35,796 bases of DNA from NCBI GenBank assembly GCA_905250005.1, contig CAJNOH010000132.1, positions 192,940-228,735 of the forward strand, in the 5' to 3' direction. Shown here one piece after another: positions 10,717-21,680 of the stretch. Positions within the stretch are counted from its first letter, which is position 1. The number at the start of each line of letters is the position of its first letter. The position numbers and the translations under genes are program-made. The notes under the pieces are model-generated. The model had not been told where the DNA came from. It ran no database searches and saw only the letters and a list, made by a program, of their open reading frames with translations. Source of the DNA: Rotaria sordida (taxonomy: Eukaryota).

Positions 10717-12836
10717 ACTGTTTTCATCATTGATATTCAGGAAACATTCGAACTATCTTGTAATATTTATATTGACCGATCATGCTACCATGTAATACAA
10801 TGATATCAGTTTTATTAAACTGAACATCGATATAGTGTTTCTTTTTTAGCATTTGACTCTCCGCTATTTATTCATGTTATGTCTGTTTCGTCTAATTTGA
10901 TCTTAACTGACATCGACTTTGCTATTCTTTTGTCAAAAAATTTGCTTTTTTACTGAATAGAACCTATTATGTTTGATACTAAAAATATGCTTGGGATCCG
11001 TTGATAGGTATTTTACTTTGAGTTGAAGTCGAGTAAAATGAAATATTTAAATTCGATTAATGATCCTATGTGTTAGATTTTCATCTGTTTTAGATGAATA
11101 AATCTCGGATGATTGAGATGAATTCCAATAAGAATCAGTTGTCATTGTTTCTAACGTTTGTTGTTGAACTAGGAACACAGTTCTTGCACGAACTCTCTAC
11201 CCGCATACCTTCTAAGTGAGTGCAAACTGCACTGAAGGCAAGTTATTTTGGGGTTTTCTTCTTATTAATGTGTACAACTTGCTAAATAAAGGCTTAAAAT
11301 GGAAGATACATATTTGGATTTACGTGGACGTACAACGAGACATCGATAGGAATTTACAAAAAATTTGACTGTGAACTTATGTTTTCGGCTAGATTGTATT
11401 TGAACCAACAACCACAACTAAAACAAATGCAGAATTTTTTGAACTGAGTTTTACTTTGTTTCTCCGACAAACGAAGACTTAAGGGTATGGGTATGAATAT
11501 AACATAATTATTACAAAAGCTTTTTTATGTATTAGATATTCTAGCAATTAAAAAAAATTACACATATTTCCTAAAGTTTATCATACAAATGTTACATTTC
11601 AATGAACTTTTGATTCTGTGAAAGACTTGCTCATTTTTGACACACTGTTTCTTCTCAACTACATATGACCATTATACTTTGATTTAAAGGAGAATATTGA
11701 ATTTAGTTTTTAAATAAATTACAATAACTATTTAGACAAAATTAACAAAATAAGAAGATGAAAAAGAAAACGATAAGATAGCAAAGTTTTGAATTGTATT
11801 TTGAACCTGGCGGCCAGATCATGGTGTAAGAACACATAATATTCAATGATACGAACTGTAAACACTCTACTATATTTATAAATATAATGTTATTAGTCGA
11901 TCCAAATTAACATTACACTTTAAAATGTTTAATAGTTGAATAAAACATGTTTACGGTATGGTATGAACGCTAGGATGATATTAACTTTTGGTATATCTTA
12001 TATTTAAAAACTCTCTAAATTAAAATCTCTACTTGATTAGTAGAATTGATTTTAATTGTTTAACTATCCGCAAATCTATATAAGGTCTAAATATAGATTT
12101 AAGAAAAAACAGAAACAATATAGATTTTATTTACAAGCAAATATTTTCATCATACTAGAAATAATTTAGAATTATCCTAGTGAATGTAATGAGTTCAGGG
12201 TACTCTGCTATCAGTATGATACATGAATCTTTGGATGCTTCGCTACTGTAAGGTACTTTATGGGTTTTTAGCACTTGAATACAAAATGCTTCTAAATATT
12301 CAATCTACTAACATATTGAAAAATTTTTCATAGAATGCTATAGAAACTAGGAAGGTGCTTAGATGGATCGCTGGTAAGTAGGCATGTACTGAGACAATTC
12401 GCGGTGGGATACTCAATCAAGATCCTGTGACATACTGATAATAGAGTACCCGAAAGGATACCTTGCTGCCAACACACAAATAGTTTAATTTGAAGAAATA
12501 ATATTCTCCACTTTTTAAACTGAAGTTTATTAATACTGGCGATATAAAAAAGAAGATTCAACTTTTATTTTGATTTCGCTTAAATTTTCGAAAATGCATC
12601 AAAAAGTTTTTTTTTTCTTTCATCGATTTTACATATGTGACATGGTTATTATTTATCTTTTATATCAATAAACTTAAGTCTATTGCTTGATGAATAACTA
12701 TAATAGATATAATGTATCTGTTAAAATAACATTTATGTAATGAACATCAAACTAATCTCTTGATTGTTTTATTAAAATAAAAATTACAACAATAAAATGT
12801 ATTAATGAAAGTTTTGCATGTATTATTCGTTTAGTT

Positions 12837-13353
12837 CTAACTAGAAGCTTTATTTAGTTGTTGTTTGAGATTATACAATTGAGGACTATCAATGTAACTA
12901 TCACATGCATAGCAAAAGATTGATTGATCTGAAAAACTAAGACAAATGTTATGTCCAGTTGATTCATGATGATTTAACATGTGCTTTTGATGATAACGAG
13001 AACAACCAATCTAATTTGAATGAATTATATATATATATATATATATATGAATATATTTTGATTGTTAATGAATGACTTACATAATTACAGTTCTCATGTA
13101 AGCAAGCCCAATTCTCTTGTGTTTTATTACAATCAACACAAGGCGGTTGATGTTCACGATCAAATTGAGTCGATGAAAGTAATAATTCAACACGATCACC
13201 CACATGAGGACAATCATACTTTGGTACGATAGCAAATGGCTTTAGAAAAAAAAATCATATTCGATTTGATCAATATGCGATATTTTTACTTACACCTATT
13301 TGATTTACGTCATCCATCTGCTCGGAAGTTGTAGATTTATTTGATTCACTCAT
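12837..13353 (-). CDS. Small ZnF-UBP (BUZ/ubiquitin-binding zinc finger) domain protein, ~135 aa, 3 exons: 13353-13294, 13239-13081, 13010-12837
   Basis: Exon 2 encodes CPHVGDRVELL...CVDCNKTQENWACLHENCNY. Exon 3 encodes IGCSRYHQKHMLNHHESTGHNICLSFSDQSIFCYACDSYI. Together these match the ZnF-UBP consensus (C-x-H...C-x2-C...W-x-C-L-x-C...C-G-R-Y...H...H...G-H...C-Y-x-C), as in HDAC6, USP5 and BRAP2 fingers. Both donors are consensus GTAAGT, both acceptors AG, both phase 0. Confidence 0.7.
13026..13048. repeat. (TA)n microsatellite, about 11 units, inside intron 2 of the ZnF-UBP gene
   Basis: tatatatatatatatatatatat read directly. Confidence 0.9.
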
Positions 13354-13618
13354 TTTTATTCTCAATAATTAACTACGAGAATATGTGATTTAAGACGACT
13401 GAAACTTGTGCTTTTTATACACTCGATGAGATTTATTACTTGAGTGTGGTGAAAGATGAAGACACATGGCAAAGAAAATGATGCATATTGCATTATTATC
13501 AACTGAGTCATTGGCAACTCTATTTGACATTAGTTGTTTTTTATTCTACTCATAACACATAAGAGAACGAACAAAAAAAAAGTCACATAAATTTCTTCAT
13601 CTAAATACTAAATATGGT

Positions 13619-13661
13619 AGGGTGTGAGTGCAGGTTTTCTTCAAAGCTATGCTCACACCCC
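13619..13661. repeat. GT/AC hairpin element, copy B: GGGTGTGAG + 24-nt loop + CTCACACCCC
   Basis: Perfect 9-bp stem read directly. Confidence 0.6.
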
Positions 13662-14394
13662 TTCTAACTTGTGCTGCATTACATTCTGGATATCGAATCA
13701 CAGTTTTTCTTCTTTCTGATTATTAAGATAATTGATTCATAAGGACATATCAGAATTTTAATAAATAAATTGTCCTATACTATTATTATACATTACCAAT
13801 TGCATGTTTTAAAAATTTTATAAATGAATTCTACTTTGTTTTCTTTGCTTATTCATATGAGATAGTTTCATAATATATTGATCCTGATAGAGAAAATGAC
13901 TTGAAAGCCTTGAAACAATCAGAATTTCATAAAAATTGCAAAAAAAAAGAAAAAGTTTTTTTTCTGATATGAATTTTTATAATCTGAATATATTTTCTAA
14001 CTTGTTTTTGATTCCATAAATAAGATCTTGTGTTTTTTAATAAATCTTTCTCCAATATTTCTAAGTTCAATTCAAGTGTTTTATCACAAGTAAGATGAAC
14101 GATTTATCATTATAATCATGTATTTTAGGTTCTCATAAGATGTTTTCTAAATAAATTTCCGAGAAAAAAGTATCGAAAAATGGTTTTCTTTATGGCAATA
14201 GCTTCAAAAATCGACCGAGAGTTCTGACAAGAATACTGATGATTATTGAGCGATTAAATCTAAAAATCAGAGGCTTGCATAGCTTTGTAGACCTTCCATT
14301 GCTGGTTCGGATCCACATGTGATGATTGAAAACTCACTATAGTCACTTCACAGAGTGCATTGATATTCAAAAAGGGCGATTGACAACCTTAAAA

Positions 14395-14545
14395 ACATCA
14401 GGTCGGAAAAACCTATAGTATACGATTCAATGCATCTACATTTCCTCTCTCTCTCTCCAATAATGAAAACTTCAGCTCTTTATCTTGTTTCTATCAAAAG
14501 TTATTGAAAAAATTCCCACTCGCTTTGTTTGCTTTGGAAATGAGC
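14395..14545. repeat. Dispersed repeat, copy 1; the homologous copy is at 27035-27185
   Basis: Shared blocks: atacgattcaatgcatctacatttcc vs atatccgattcaatgcatcatcatcttc, and atcaaaagttattgaaaaaattcccactcgctttgtttgctttggaaatgag vs ataacaagttattgaaaaaatactcacgttttttgttttttttcgaaatgaaaaa. Confidence 0.55.
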
Positions 14546-16282
14546 ATTAGATGTAGGCATCGTCCTTAGCCTTGTATTTTTCTTTGTTTTCACTCTCATC
14601 ATCAGCTCTGTAATGCCGCGGAAGCAACTGTCTGAAGTGCAACATTCATGTTACAAAATTTGTCGTATTTTTCTAATGAAATCAAACTTGTTGAAAAATG
14701 TAAGTAAGCAAGAATTTAGAAGAAGAATCAATTGAGAGATATAAGAATCAATAGAAAATTAAATAATTTTTTTTTCTGCATGTAAATTACTTAATCAAAA
14801 TTTAATTTATTTATCTTCAACTAAAAAAGAACTTTGATAATCGTCAAATTCAAAATTCATTCATTATCAAAGTCAATATTATCTAGCGTAATTTTTCTCG
14901 ATTTTATTGAACGGATATAAGATAGAGGGTAATGCAAGAGCGAAACAACATGGATAAATTTATGTGTGGTTATTGAATTATATAATTTAACGCACAGTAA
15001 GACATGTTCGTTTCTAATTGGTTGGCTTTTGGAATCATCTGCAAGGTTTTTAATCGAAATAAAAAGATAATCATCAGTTTGAAGCCATATATCTTTTTTT
15101 TCTTCCTGTAATAATCAACATTATCTATTTGTTTGTTGTCACATTTCTCAATTTTACTGAATAATTCTTATTCATTTCTCTGCGCCTGTATTCTATGGGT
15201 TTTATTTATCTACGAATAGGAATGTAACAATGTGGATTTATTGATCACTGGCTACACTTCATAGGCAGATGAATTCCAATAATCGTTCAAAATGAAAGAT
15301 ATCTGGATTTCTAGTATTTCTTTTTTTTTGAGCATAGAGGTGTTCGTGTCAATATTTTGTGTAGACACCAATACCGTGCATCTCTCTCATATACAATGGA
15401 AAGAAATTTTTTTCCAAGATTCATTAAAATCTAAATATTTACTGAAAAGGACAATCAAAAATTAATTGTAACTTAGATTGTTTATTATCAACCGGCATGA
15501 AAAAATTTGGTAAACTATTTTAGCAAAATAAAGTCTAAAATATAGACTAGTGGAATGATCGTGTACAAATTGTGAACTATCCGTCGTACGCTCAAATAAC
15601 TATGACATACCTGTAATGAATGCACATCAAACAAATTTATATTGAAGAAGACAGTACAATGGAAGATCATAGACAATACAACTACAAAAAAAGATCAACA
15701 TTTACCTTCAATGTTTCCATGTGACTTAATAAATATATAATTCTTAACCTGATGAGATGCTTAGTGAGTGAGAAATCAAATGCGGATGTATGAATTGAAC
15801 TGTGAAGAAGTATTTTCAATAATATGTTATAACTCGCTTTTGTTTCATGACTTTGTAAATAGATTCGAGTTTATTGTTAAACGAAAAAATAATCATAAAA
15901 GTCTTTCGTTTTTCAGTGTTCAATGCACAAATATATAAAGCCCTATTCGTGTAAGACGATTCCATCGCTCGAAGAATTTTACCTATGAATGATGACTTTG
16001 TTCACTTGTTTTTTGAGGCACTTGCATCCTTGAATTATACATGGAAACCATGCCATGACACAGTCTCTTTCGTAACGACAAAGTCACAGTGCTTCATCTT
16101 ATTCTTATCCAAATTTATTCGCAAACAAAGACTGCCGGGTAACTTTTGGACCACCCTACATATTAAACTTGACCTTTGAAATTCTCATGTGATTAATTAA
16201 TGGATTTTTTTTGTGAGAAATTGCGCTCTTTACTTACTTACTTTGTTATGATATGTATCAGAGGTGCCCATAGAGCAGTGCA

Positions 16283-16385
16283 ATGTGTAGGTGTCGAGCG
16301 TGAGTATGGATGTCGTCGAAGAGAAGACTTTCACTTACACAAGCATCAACACTAACACCGCATGCATACATTCACACTCTCATGC
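16283..16385. repeat. GT/AC hairpin element, copy C
   Basis: GT-rich gtgcaatgtgtaggtgtcgagcgtgagtatggatgtcg, then a spacer, then AC-rich cacttacacaagcatcaacactaacaccgcatgcatacattcacactctcatgc. Confidence 0.5.
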
Positions 16386-16907
16386 AAAGCTTCGTGTTGG
16401 CAAAATAGAAAAGAAAAAGCATATCAAATATAAGCATAGTACAAGTATGAAATGAAGAAGAAAATATATCGATTGTTTTAAAAGTCATCACTGGTCTATA
16501 ATGACTTTTGGGATATCCGGTATGTGGACATGATTGATCATGCATACGTCGAAATTGTTAATAACTCTCCCATTATTCTTTGTATGAACAAATTACTACT
16601 TTTATTCCAAAACAAATTGAAAAGAGAAAGAGCATACATTATATATTTATCTCTTCGATTACATCCCTACTTCTTCCAATGTATTGACACACTGATGACG
16701 TCTTTTTTTCTTCGAGATGGATGAATCAAAAGATAAGAGAAGCTAAGAGTAATAAAAGGAACTAAAGAATGCAATACGTAGTATAAGAACATGCAAGAAA
16801 GAACAAACAGTCTAAGAAAAATTGCGTCTTGATTAATGGCGATGATAGAAAGCGTGTCAATCGAGTAGTGCAGATGAATGTAACCGTGTGTGTGCGAAAA
16901 ATTGTGT

Positions 16908-17583
16908 TTATTTTCGAGGTAAGGCTTTATTTTTCACCATTTCTTTTGCCTTACTGTCGTATTCGGTCTTATTTTCCATATACTCTTTAAGTATCTCTAT
17001 AGCGAAACAAAAAGAGTGGGTTAATGAAAGAATTGAGAATATAAAATAAACCTACCAGGGCTCATTGCATAATCGGTTTTTGGATGATCGATAACGTCAA
17101 CGATAGATTTGACAATGTCGGCCAAAGATATTGTCGCATTCCACCTTTCCTTTTGCATCACAATCGGGATGCAAACTAAGCCTGTAGGTATGAACACGAA
17201 AAATGAAAAAGAATTGCTTGGAAATGATTGGAAGAGTTTTTTAACAATAATTTGAACAATATTATTCTTATGGATAATTACTCACCATCTTTATCAACAT
17301 TCACATGGTAGATGGGTGTAGTGAAGCGCACTAGGGGAGGCTTCATTGGATACTCGTTTGAAAATCTCATTTCAAGTCGATAGGCGCCTTCTTTGTAGAT
17401 TTCAGCACTTGGAAGTACACGTCCGGCAATGAAATCATATCCGGACCTTGCAGCAGCAGCAGCTGCTTCTTCCTCTTGAAATGGACATTCATCAACGATG
17501 AATATGCCCGGTGAATTACCATTCGGACCCAACAATTTTAGCTTACTCAGCTCTACCCATGCTTGTTTTGGTGTGATTGGCAT
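16908..17583 (-). CDS. E2 ubiquitin-conjugating enzyme, UBE2L3/UbcH7-like, 170 aa, 3 exons: 17583-17286, 17181-17056, 16996-16908
   Basis: UBC-fold signature YRLEMRFSNEYPMKPPLVRFTTPIYHVNVDKDG/LVCIPIV...ERWNATISLADIVKSIVDVIDHPKTDYAMSP/EILKEYMENKTEYDSKAKEMV aligns to UBE2L3 ([40 protein letters not shown]...). Donors are GTGAGT and GTAGGT, acceptors AG, and the phases are consistent. Stop at 16908-16910. The N-terminal region carries a (GCA)5 poly-Ala insertion. Confidence 0.7.
17450..17466 (-). repeat. (GCA)5-GCT-GC trinucleotide repeat encoding AAAAAA inside the E2 coding exon
   Basis: gcagcagcagcagctgc read directly. It translates on the minus strand as the EEEAAAAAAR segment. Confidence 0.8.
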
Positions 17584-18867
17584 TGAAAGTGAACGAACAA
17601 AATAATCTGAAAATAGAAGTAATGAAAATAAAGTTCACATGTCCACACGTTCGACATTTTCAATGTGGAAGAAAACGAGACATATGGGACTAGTTGTTGA
17701 TTTTTAAAGTGTGTCGTTATGAGTGTTTGTATGTTTATTTTTGTTATTCTGTAAGAACTTGTAACAGAGTGACTCTAACATGGCTTGCTTCTCTTTTTCT
17801 ATTTGCTACTGAGAGCATTCGTCTTCTGATGAATGCACTTGTTCACTGTCTCTTCTTGTGCGTGGATTATTTTTGTTCCGTACCGATGCCTAGATGCTCG
17901 TCGTTGTTCTCTTTCTCTCGTTTCCTCTATATGTGTATATGCCTTTCTCGTGTAAATCAGTGAATTGCACAACCATGATATCATTCAGTTTTTAAGTATC
18001 TTCCATTCATCTCTGTCGATTTAAATGAAATCTTTTTCTGCCAATTAATTGAAAACTACCGAATTTCCAAAAAATATATAGTTAAGGGTGTGGTTGTGGC
18101 TGGTGATGCTTTCTGTGGTTGTTAGTCCTCTCTTCACTGTCTTCTCTTCGCACACAACTGTACGCTTGAGAGTCGAACAGAGGTTAGCAATGTTTCGAGG
18201 AATCAACGGATATCTAGAACCGGATGCTTTAAGTCGAATCGAGCTTTCTAGTTCCACATTACTGAAAAAAACATTTCGAACAGCTCTCTATAACAATATG
18301 TAAAGTAAAGAAACACTGATTTTATTAATATAGTTTTGTTTTTGTAACAATTGATTGCATGGCTGTTTTTCTTCCTAGTTATAATATTTACTTACATGTT
18401 TTTCGGGGAATAGAAAAAGAGTTATTTACAGGTGAACAAGAAATATTTTTGTTTCGTCGCGAATGTTCGACAGCAAGTGTCTGCGTTTTTTTTTTAAATA
18501 ACGCATTTCGCTGTTGTTTTTCTCCATAGGAAGAAAAAATAGCGACACAACAGTACGAAGTATTCTTTTCATTCTCCCCATTTGATGATGAGTAATATCG
18601 TGGTTGGTTTTTTCAACATTTATTTGAAGAAGGAAAAAAAAATCTTCGTGCGTCTTTTGTATAACGTATTTTGTTCTTATTAAAATGAAATTGGTCAATA
18701 ATTAGACATGTGTGAAGTATAAAGTTAATAAACAATTATATTTTACAAAAGCATGATCTGAATCGAACATATCATTTTTTATTTTCATTTCGATGAAGCA
18801 TGCTTTATGTTGGTTGCAAGCAATATCTTGTTGTGAAAAAGAAGACGATGTAAATATGTTAAACCCC

Positions 18868-19292
18868 CTCCCAGAATAAAAGGGCATGCCCTTATACAGT
18901 GTCTTGGCACATCGCTACGTTTTGGATGGCCTTCTATTGGGGGTCAATTTTTCGCCAGTTTTTAATTAAAATTATTTAAAAAATGAATAATTAATTAATA
19001 ACTTTAATTATTGCTATTTAGGTGATTTTTGCTGAAAAAACTACCATCTTTTGTAAAAATTGTACTATTTATGATAGGAAAGGAAGGATTTCGCAAAAAA
19101 ACATTAGAAAATCGGTTATATTTCCATAATTATTAATTAATATTTATAAAAACTTCGATAATTTTGGAATATATTAATTAATTAGTAAATGGCCTTCTAA
19201 TAGAGCTTTTGAACTTTTGCTCGGACATGGCCTTATACAGGGGGTGGCCTTCTAATATAGGGTGGCCGTCTATTTTGGGGGGGGCTTTAGTA
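18868..19292. repeat. Repeat block with 4 or more copies of a GGCCTTCTAAT(A/T)-type motif and a duplicated GCCCTTATACAG motif around an AT-rich TTAATTAA core
   Basis: gcatgcccttatacagtgt and catggccttatacaggggg. tggatggccttctattgggggtcaattt, taaatggccttctaatagagc, gggtggccttctaatataggg, gggtggccgtctattttgggggggg. Confidence 0.5.
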
Positions 19293-19785
19293 ATTACTGG
19301 AGTATTGCACAATTTTTTATTCAAACGTAAAAGATTGATTCTTCATGTTGTTTATTCCCACTAAAAAACAATGTGTAGTGTTTTGCAACACCACGTGCTC
19401 GTTACGACACATTTCGTTACTTAGTCATGTAGTCATTTTTCTATTTCGCACTAAGTGTTTTGAGTGAAGATATATTATAAGAGTGAATAGCAAACAAAAA
19501 ACAAAAAACATAAAACAAGATCTGTTGGTATAAGTCCAATCTCGTCGAGGCTGTAGACGTGGCTGTCGGTAGTATCCAGTCAGACAAGACTCTAAAAAAC
19601 ACGTTTTTCTGCGTATTTTTCTGAATAGATATTATTATGTTCGACAATCGCTCGTTCTTTTTACGGTTTCCTTGAGTAATTCAACCCGTTTAAACGAATT
19701 TGTCTTTCGAGATTTCTTCAAAAGCAGAACTTTTAGTCGAATTATTTGTACTTACATGAATACATCTGATGTGAAAATTATTTTT

Positions 19786-21240
19786 GGGTTGTATTTAATT
19801 GTTCAGTATTTTATTATGAATGTTCAGTAAAAAAATATTATTTGTTCAGTAAATAATTCAAGAAGTTCAGTAAACAATTCAAAAAGTCCAGTAATTAATT
19901 TTAAAATAGGCACCTATTTAAATGCTAAGTGAAAAAATATAAATGCTAAGTAAAAAACTCTATTTTTTCTAAGGAATTTATTTAATATAAATCTAAGTAA
20001 AAAAAAGATTTTTGCTAAGTAATTTATTTAAATTCTCAATGAAAAAGTCCTGTTTTTTAGATAAAATATTAGGAATTGACAAATATATCATTTTTGCTAA
20101 GTAGAAATAAAATTTTTGTTTAGTAAAAATGTAGAAATTTCTAAGTAAAAAATTTAATTGAACAGTTAATCGATTAGCAAAGCTTTCGTTGCTTTTCGTG
20201 GTCGTCCTCGTTTTCTTTTTCCACCCAAAGGTACATCCTTGGCTATAGAAGGTGGTTTGCAATGTTTTAATCTAATTGCCATCCCAATCACATATTGACA
20301 AATGTATTCCTTCAAAAAGTTTGGACAATTACAAAATCCATTTTTCCATTCGGATCCAATGTTTCGTAAAGTCAATTTTTATATTCCAAATTGAACAACC
20401 TTAAATTGTGTAAACGAAGTCCATCTTTTTCTTTCGTATCTTTGAATTTCATCTTTTGACATATTTTCTACATCACTAGCCGGTACATAGTAATCGGTAA
20501 AACCGTTTGTTTTCGATGGTAATTGTAATACTAATTTTGAGGATTTTGCAAAATGATATGCACTGGCCCATTTTTGAAGTGTCATTGTTGGTTCTGCGGG
20601 AGATACAACTGGACTTGTTTGATTTTGATTGCGAGACATACACCATTTATTTACAATGTCACTTGGAACCATAAGAAATCTTGATAATATATGTCGTTCT
20701 CTAAAAGTATGTTCGTCTTTGATGACTTTGTTCGTGGCTTCTAACTGGTTATTAGTACTTGATGTGAACACATTATATTCTTCATACTACAAATCAAGAA
20801 TAGTTAACCATTCATGACATCATAACGATAGAAAATTCAGATGAAATTAACATATGTTATGTTGTCAAGCCAGCACTGATAGAATCAAAGAGAGAGAGAA
20901 AATGTACGAATCACATCACCGGTTGGCTATCGTTATTTTATCATAATCACGTTTACCTTAACAATATTTTTTTTTCATTCATACAATTTATTTTCTAACT
21001 TACAATTCTAATTTATCAACTTAATAATTAAATATTTTACTTGTATATTAATTATTTAACTTAACAAAAATTTTAATCATAGAGAAATATTAATTTCACT
21101 AAGCACCTAATAAATTCATTAAGCATCTAATTTATTTACTGAACATCTATAAATTTTACTTAGCAAAAGTCAACTTAGCATTTATATATTTCTACTTAGC
21201 TCTTAAATAGGTGCTATTAAATTAGGTAAAGCAGTTGTTT
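19786..21240. mobile_element. Foldback-type DNA-transposon-like element. The inverted arms at 19786-20165 and 20985-21240 are built from tandem 9-13 bp subrepeats (TTCAGTAAA, GCTAAGTAAAAA) and flank a degenerate SWIM-finger ORF.
   Basis: The left arm aaataggcacctatttaaatgctaagtgaaaaaatataaatgctaagt matches the reverse complement of the right arm aatagcacctatttaagagctaagtagaaatatataaatgctaagt. GTTCAGTAA and GCTAAGTA(A)n units are repeated at least 6 times in each arm, in inverted orientation. Confidence 0.55.
20166..20771 (-). pseudogene. MULE/FAR1-type SWIM zinc-finger ORF fragment, ~200 aa, interrupted by one in-frame stop at 20379-20381, with a basic AT-hook-like C-terminal tail
   Basis: ORFs 20771-20382 and 20375-20166 share one frame and are separated only by a TAA. 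The motif WKNGFCNCPNFLKEYICQYVIGMAIRL fits SWIM CxCx(n)CxH with His replaced by Tyr. The tail is GGKRKRGRPRKATKAL, with a GRP core. Confidence 0.4.
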
Positions 21241-21591
21241 GAATACACTCCTCATCTTAAACATCTTTCGGTAATTATGATAGTGACCAACAGTTACAAT
21301 CATATACGTATCATTACCTCTACGAACACTAATAACATTTTAAAAAAATAAATTTTCATATGCCTAGTACTTTGAAAGTGATTTCATTTTGTCTACAGAC
21401 ACCTAATTCACACCATTTGTGTACTCGTTTGATGAATAGCTTGTTTGATTGTCATCGATGGAAACAAATCATTCGTAATTACCGTCAATACTCGAAGTAT
21501 TTCCAGTGACAGTGAGAAGTAAACATCTTTGTGGATGAAAGTATTCAATAATGAGTCGAATAGTTATTTAATTCATTACAAAGTTCATTTT

Positions 21592-21680
21592 GGGGTGTGG
21601 GTGTGAGTGAAGAGATGAAATTCACATCCACCCCCACAGGCATCCACCCTACCCATACCCCACAACATCATCCACATCCT
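21592..21680. repeat. GT/AC hairpin element, copy D
   Basis: ggggtgtgggtgtgagtgaagagatg aaatt cacatccacccccacaggcatccaccctacccataccccacaac. Confidence 0.6.

Noticed and set aside
12964-13203. ORF-track start codons shown as M at GTG/TTG (for example 13203 and 4028)
   Set aside because: These are internal exon codons (His-Val..., Leu-Gly...) reported with alternative-start translation by the ORF tool. The real N-termini come from upstream exons via GT-AG splicing.
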